DNA of 64,000 bases. It comes from Colwellia sp. (GTDB lineage: Bacteria > Pseudomonadota > Gammaproteobacteria > Enterobacterales > Alteromonadaceae). Made by a program: the position numbers and the translations under genes. Location: the NCBI RefSeq assembly GCF_013215345.1, contig NZ_JABSOV010000010.1, positions 1,564 to 65,563 on the forward strand, read 5' to 3'. This document shows, one piece after another, positions 60,855 through 64,000 of this stretch. The notes beneath the pieces were generated by a model. It worked only from the letters and a program-made list of their open reading frames with translations. It was not told the origin of the DNA and did not search any database. Position 1 is the first letter of the stretch, and every line of letters begins with the position of its first letter.

Positions 60855-62309
60855 ATGTTTTCGTATTATTACCGCTCGTTAATACACCATCATCATGGAT
60901 GGAAAACAACTAGCTTGTTAACTTATCCACTAACCTATCTAGTTATTGGCGTCGCATTATTGCTACTTAGCCCTAACGCAATAGCACAGGGCAATAACCC
61001 TGCTACTGATAAGCCAACAACTTTAACTTTAGCCACAGCAATTAAGCGTACTTTAGCTGAAAACCCCGCCTTTAAAGTATTCACCCTGCGCCAAGCTGCA
61101 CTTGATGGCCAACAACAAACGCAAGCGCTATCGCCCGGTTATCAGTTAGGATTTGAAGCAGAAAACTTTGCCGGCACCGGTGAGTTAAAAGGCTTTGATG
61201 GCGCTGAATTTACCGTGTCTTTATCATCTGTTATTGAAATGGGTGGTAAACGTGATGCCCGTCGAGATTTGGGTACCCATAGAAGTGCCATGTTAGCTGC
61301 TGAACGGAAAATTACCGCCTTAACGCTATTAGCCGAAGTTACCCGTCGTTATATTGATGTACTGGCCAGCCAAGAAATTTTGCAGTTGGCCTTTGATGCA
61401 ACAAGCTTGGCCGAAGAGACTTTATTGACCGTTAAAAAGCGTGCCAAAGCGGGCTCGACGCCAAAAGCCGAAATAAAACGTGCCCTAGCCGCCGTTGGTA
61501 ATGCTCGCTTAAATGCTTCATCAAAACAGCAGAAATTAGTAGCTGCGAAAATGTCCTTAGCCTTATTATGGAATGAAAAGTGGAATGAAAACTCGAATGA
61601 AAGTTCGAATGACAGCTCACCGACATTTAATACCGTTGCCGGAAACTTGTATCACTTTTCACAAGACGTCTCTTTTGATCGACTTTATGGCAAGATAAAA
61701 CAAAATCCTGCCATCCTCGCCTTTGCTAGTGAAGAGCGACTTAAAAGTGCGCAATTACGCTTAGCTCAAAGCCAGTCAAGTACCGATATACAATGGACAC
61801 TTGGAGTCAAACAACTACAAGATGTTGGTGATACTGCCCTCGTAGCAGGTTTTAGTATTCCGTTGTTTAGCTCAAGTAATAATTCAGGCGCTATTCTTTC
61901 AGCGCAAGCAAAGCGAGATGAAGTACAAGCAAGAAAACTCACCGCTATGTTGCAGTTACATAACCAATTACAACAAGCCTATTCAAGTCGAAAACAAGCA
62001 ATTTACAGCGCAAATAGCTTGAGAAATACCATTATTCCGCTACTTGAAGAAGCGCTAGCTGAGACACAAACTGCTTATCAGCGCGGCCTATACAGCTACC
62101 TCGATTATTTAAACGCTAGGCAAGAGTTATTACTCGCTAGACGTGCGTTAATTAAATCGGCAACAGCCGCTTTGCGTTATGGCGCCGACATTGAACAATT
62201 GATAGCAGAGCCCCTGCCCGCGTCGCAACATTTTCAGCAACAAGCCTCATATGAAAATATTTCACCGATAAACTTTTCACCGATCAACAAGCGTTTCACC
62301 CAAGGATAA
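60855..62309 (+). CDS. czcC: Heavy-metal RND outer-membrane factor (CzcC-like)
   Basis: TolC fold, IEMGGKR.AR, operon context. Confidence 0.8.
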   Translation: MFSYYYRSLIHHHHGWKTTSLLTYPLTYLVIGVALLLLSPNAIAQGNNPATDKPTTLTLATAIKRTLAENPAFKVFTLRQAALDGQQQTQALSPGYQLGFEAENFAGTGELKGFDGAEFTVSLSSVIEMGGKRDARRDLGTHRSAMLAAERKITALTLLAEVTRRYIDVLASQEILQLAFDATSLAEETLLTVKKRAKAGSTPKAEIKRALAAVGNARLNASSKQQKLVAAKMSLALLWNEKWNENSNESSNDSSPTFNTVAGNLYHFSQDVSFDRLYGKIKQNPAILAFASEERLKSAQLRLAQSQSSTDIQWTLGVKQLQDVGDTALVAGFSIPLFSSSNNSGAILSAQAKRDEVQARKLTAMLQLHNQLQQAYSSRKQAIYSANSLRNTIIPLLEEALAETQTAYQRGLYSYLDYLNARQELLLARRALIKSATAALRYGADIEQLIAEPLPASQHFQQQASYENISPINFSPINKRFTQG

Positions 62310-62313
62310 TTTA

Positions 62314-63396
62314 ATGAACAATCATTTTTTAACTAGCAGCCAGAAGACCTGCCTATTACTGGGTACTGTGATGGCTACCTTATTATTTACCCTGCCATTT
62401 TCTCTAACAAGTTATGCGACTTCCCATGCAGATAAGCCTGTAGATAGTCATACTGATAAAAAAGTAGCTGAACACTCTAATGATCACGGTGATCCTCTAT
62501 CTATTTTAAATAGCGACGAACATAACGATGAGCATGGTGAAACCAATACCGATGAACACGGTGACGAACATGGCGATGAGCACGGAGAAGAAGGACATAT
62601 AGAAATGTCAGCCGATATGATGAAAACCGTAGGTATTACTACTTTAACGGCAAGTTCTGGTGAGATAAAACAGCGATTGACCTTATATGGCACGTCGACG
62701 ACTGAGCCAAGTGCGGTTAGTCACGTACGGGCCCGCTTTGCAGGTATGATCACCAAGCTCAGCGTCAATGTCGGCGATAAGGTAAAAAAGGGTCAGCTTA
62801 TTGCTGAAATAGAATCCAATAACAGCCTAACACGCTATAGCATTCACGCTGCTATTTCCGGTGTTATCACCCAGCGTAATGCTAACCCCGGCGAATTAGC
62901 CAATGAACAAGTATTAGTCACTATTGAGGATCATCAAAAGTTATGGCTTGAGTTGCAAGTATTTGCCACGCAAAAGCCTAAAGTCGCCATCGGCCAAGCT
63001 GTACGTATTACGAGAGAGCAGCAATTTACCGACTCAGTTATCAGCCAACTTTTACCTAGCCGAAAAGATAGCCCTTTTAGTATCGCCAGAGTGCCTTTGG
63101 ATAATAGCCAAGGTACTTGGTCTGCCGGCAACTTACTTAGTGGCTCTGTTGTTATTAACAAAAAATCAGTGTCGCTCATTATTGATAATCGTGCCGTGCA
63201 AGTGATGGCTGGTAAAGCAGTGATATTTGTTAAAAATGAACATGGATTTGAAGTACGCGAAGTGATGTTAGGCCTTAGCGATAGTCAATTTTCACAAGTA
63301 TTGTCAGGCTTAAATCAGGGCGATGTCTACGGCGTTAAAAATAGCTACTTACTCAAAGCCGATCTGGAGAAATCCAGTGCTGAACATCACCACTAG
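62314..63396 (+). CDS. czcB: Heavy-metal RND periplasmic adaptor (CzcB-like) with His/acidic linker
   Basis: DEHG repeats, RARFAGMI, LLKADLEKSSAEHHH. Confidence 0.85.
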   Translation: MNNHFLTSSQKTCLLLGTVMATLLFTLPFSLTSYATSHADKPVDSHTDKKVAEHSNDHGDPLSILNSDEHNDEHGETNTDEHGDEHGDEHGEEGHIEMSADMMKTVGITTLTASSGEIKQRLTLYGTSTTEPSAVSHVRARFAGMITKLSVNVGDKVKKGQLIAEIESNNSLTRYSIHAAISGVITQRNANPGELANEQVLVTIEDHQKLWLELQVFATQKPKVAIGQAVRITREQQFTDSVISQLLPSRKDSPFSIARVPLDNSQGTWSAGNLLSGSVVINKKSVSLIIDNRAVQVMAGKAVIFVKNEHGFEVREVMLGLSDSQFSQVLSGLNQGDVYGVKNSYLLKADLEKSSAEHHH

Positions 63397-63405
63397 GGGG
63401 CAATT

Positions 63406-64000
63406 ATGATTGAATCACTTTTACGCTTCTCCATAGCCAAGCGTTGGCTAATTATTTCATTAACCCTAGTTTTAATGGCCGTTGGCTCTTGGAGTTATCA
63501 AAAACTGCCCATTGATGCCGTACCAGATATCACCAATGTGCAAGTACAAATCAATACCCGTGCCGATGGTTATTCACCATTAGAAACCGAGCAACGCATC
63601 ACTTACCCGGTTGAAACAGCTTTGACGGGATTGCCAAATTTATCCTATACCCGTTCGCTGTCACGTTATGGTTTATCACAAGTGACCGTGGTTTTTGAGG
63701 AGGGGACGGATTTATATTTCGCCCGCAGTTTAATCAACGAACGACTTAATGCTATCAAGGGCAAACTACCCGCAGGTCTTTCGCCAGAAATGGGGCCCGT
63801 TTCTACAGGTCTAGGCGAAATTTTCATGTATACCTTAGATGCTGAAACTGATGCTAGGCAAGCCAATGGCAAGCCTTACGATGCCACGGCTCTTAGAGAA
63901 ATACAGGACTGGATCATCAAACCGCAGCTCGCCTTGGTAAAAGGTGTGACCGAAATAAACACTATCGGTGGTTTTGATAAGCAGTATCACATCACACCAT
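63406..64000 (+). CDS. czcA: Heavy-metal RND permease CzcA/CnrA type, 5' part only
   Basis: Hand-translated MIESLLRFSIAKRW...LPIDAVPDITNVQVQINT...SPLETEQRITYPVE...GPVSTGLGEIF; runs off the window end. Confidence 0.92.
   Translation, partial: MIESLLRFSIAKRWLIISLTLVLMAVGSWSYQKLPIDAVPDITNVQVQINTRADGYSPLETEQRITYPVETALTGLPNLSYTRSLSRYGLSQVTVVFEEGTDLYFARSLINERLNAIKGKLPAGLSPEMGPVSTGLGEIFMYTLDAETDARQANGKPYDATALREIQDWIIKPQLALVKGVTEINTIGGFDKQYHITP

Overview
A 64-kb window of a marine gammaproteobacterial chromosome; gene content and AT-rich composition suggest Colwelliaceae (inference). Core content: a ClC-family channel with hemJ, a PA-domain S1 protease with GlyGly-CTERM, pyrB and hemL. Next is a consolidated molybdenum-cofactor/molybdate cluster (moeA; moaA-mobA-moaBCDE-modABC-moeB) with an FNR box and Moco riboswitch, then oligopeptidase B and an RND efflux system. 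A variable zone surrounds tRNA-His, with an IS5 remnant, an MCP pseudogene plus an intact MCP, a tRNA-3'-end repeat array and a heme-c sensor kinase. The rest holds LysR/redox genes, a PEP-CTERM gene, mltC-blaI-blaR(ankyrin)-MBOAT-SGNH, persulfide dioxygenase, yeiH/yeiE and a MerR-controlled czcCBA-type operon running off the end. Two signals stand out. (1) A 92-97 bp tandem array rebuilt from the tRNA-His 3' end, with one more unit 2.3 kb downstream, so that an orphan CxxCH sensor kinase sits inside the array. (2) Three housekeeping genes within about 11 kb (pyrB, mobA, moeB) are each followed by a copy of their own 3' end that has diverged largely at synonymous positions. No CRISPR array, integrase or intact transposase was seen.
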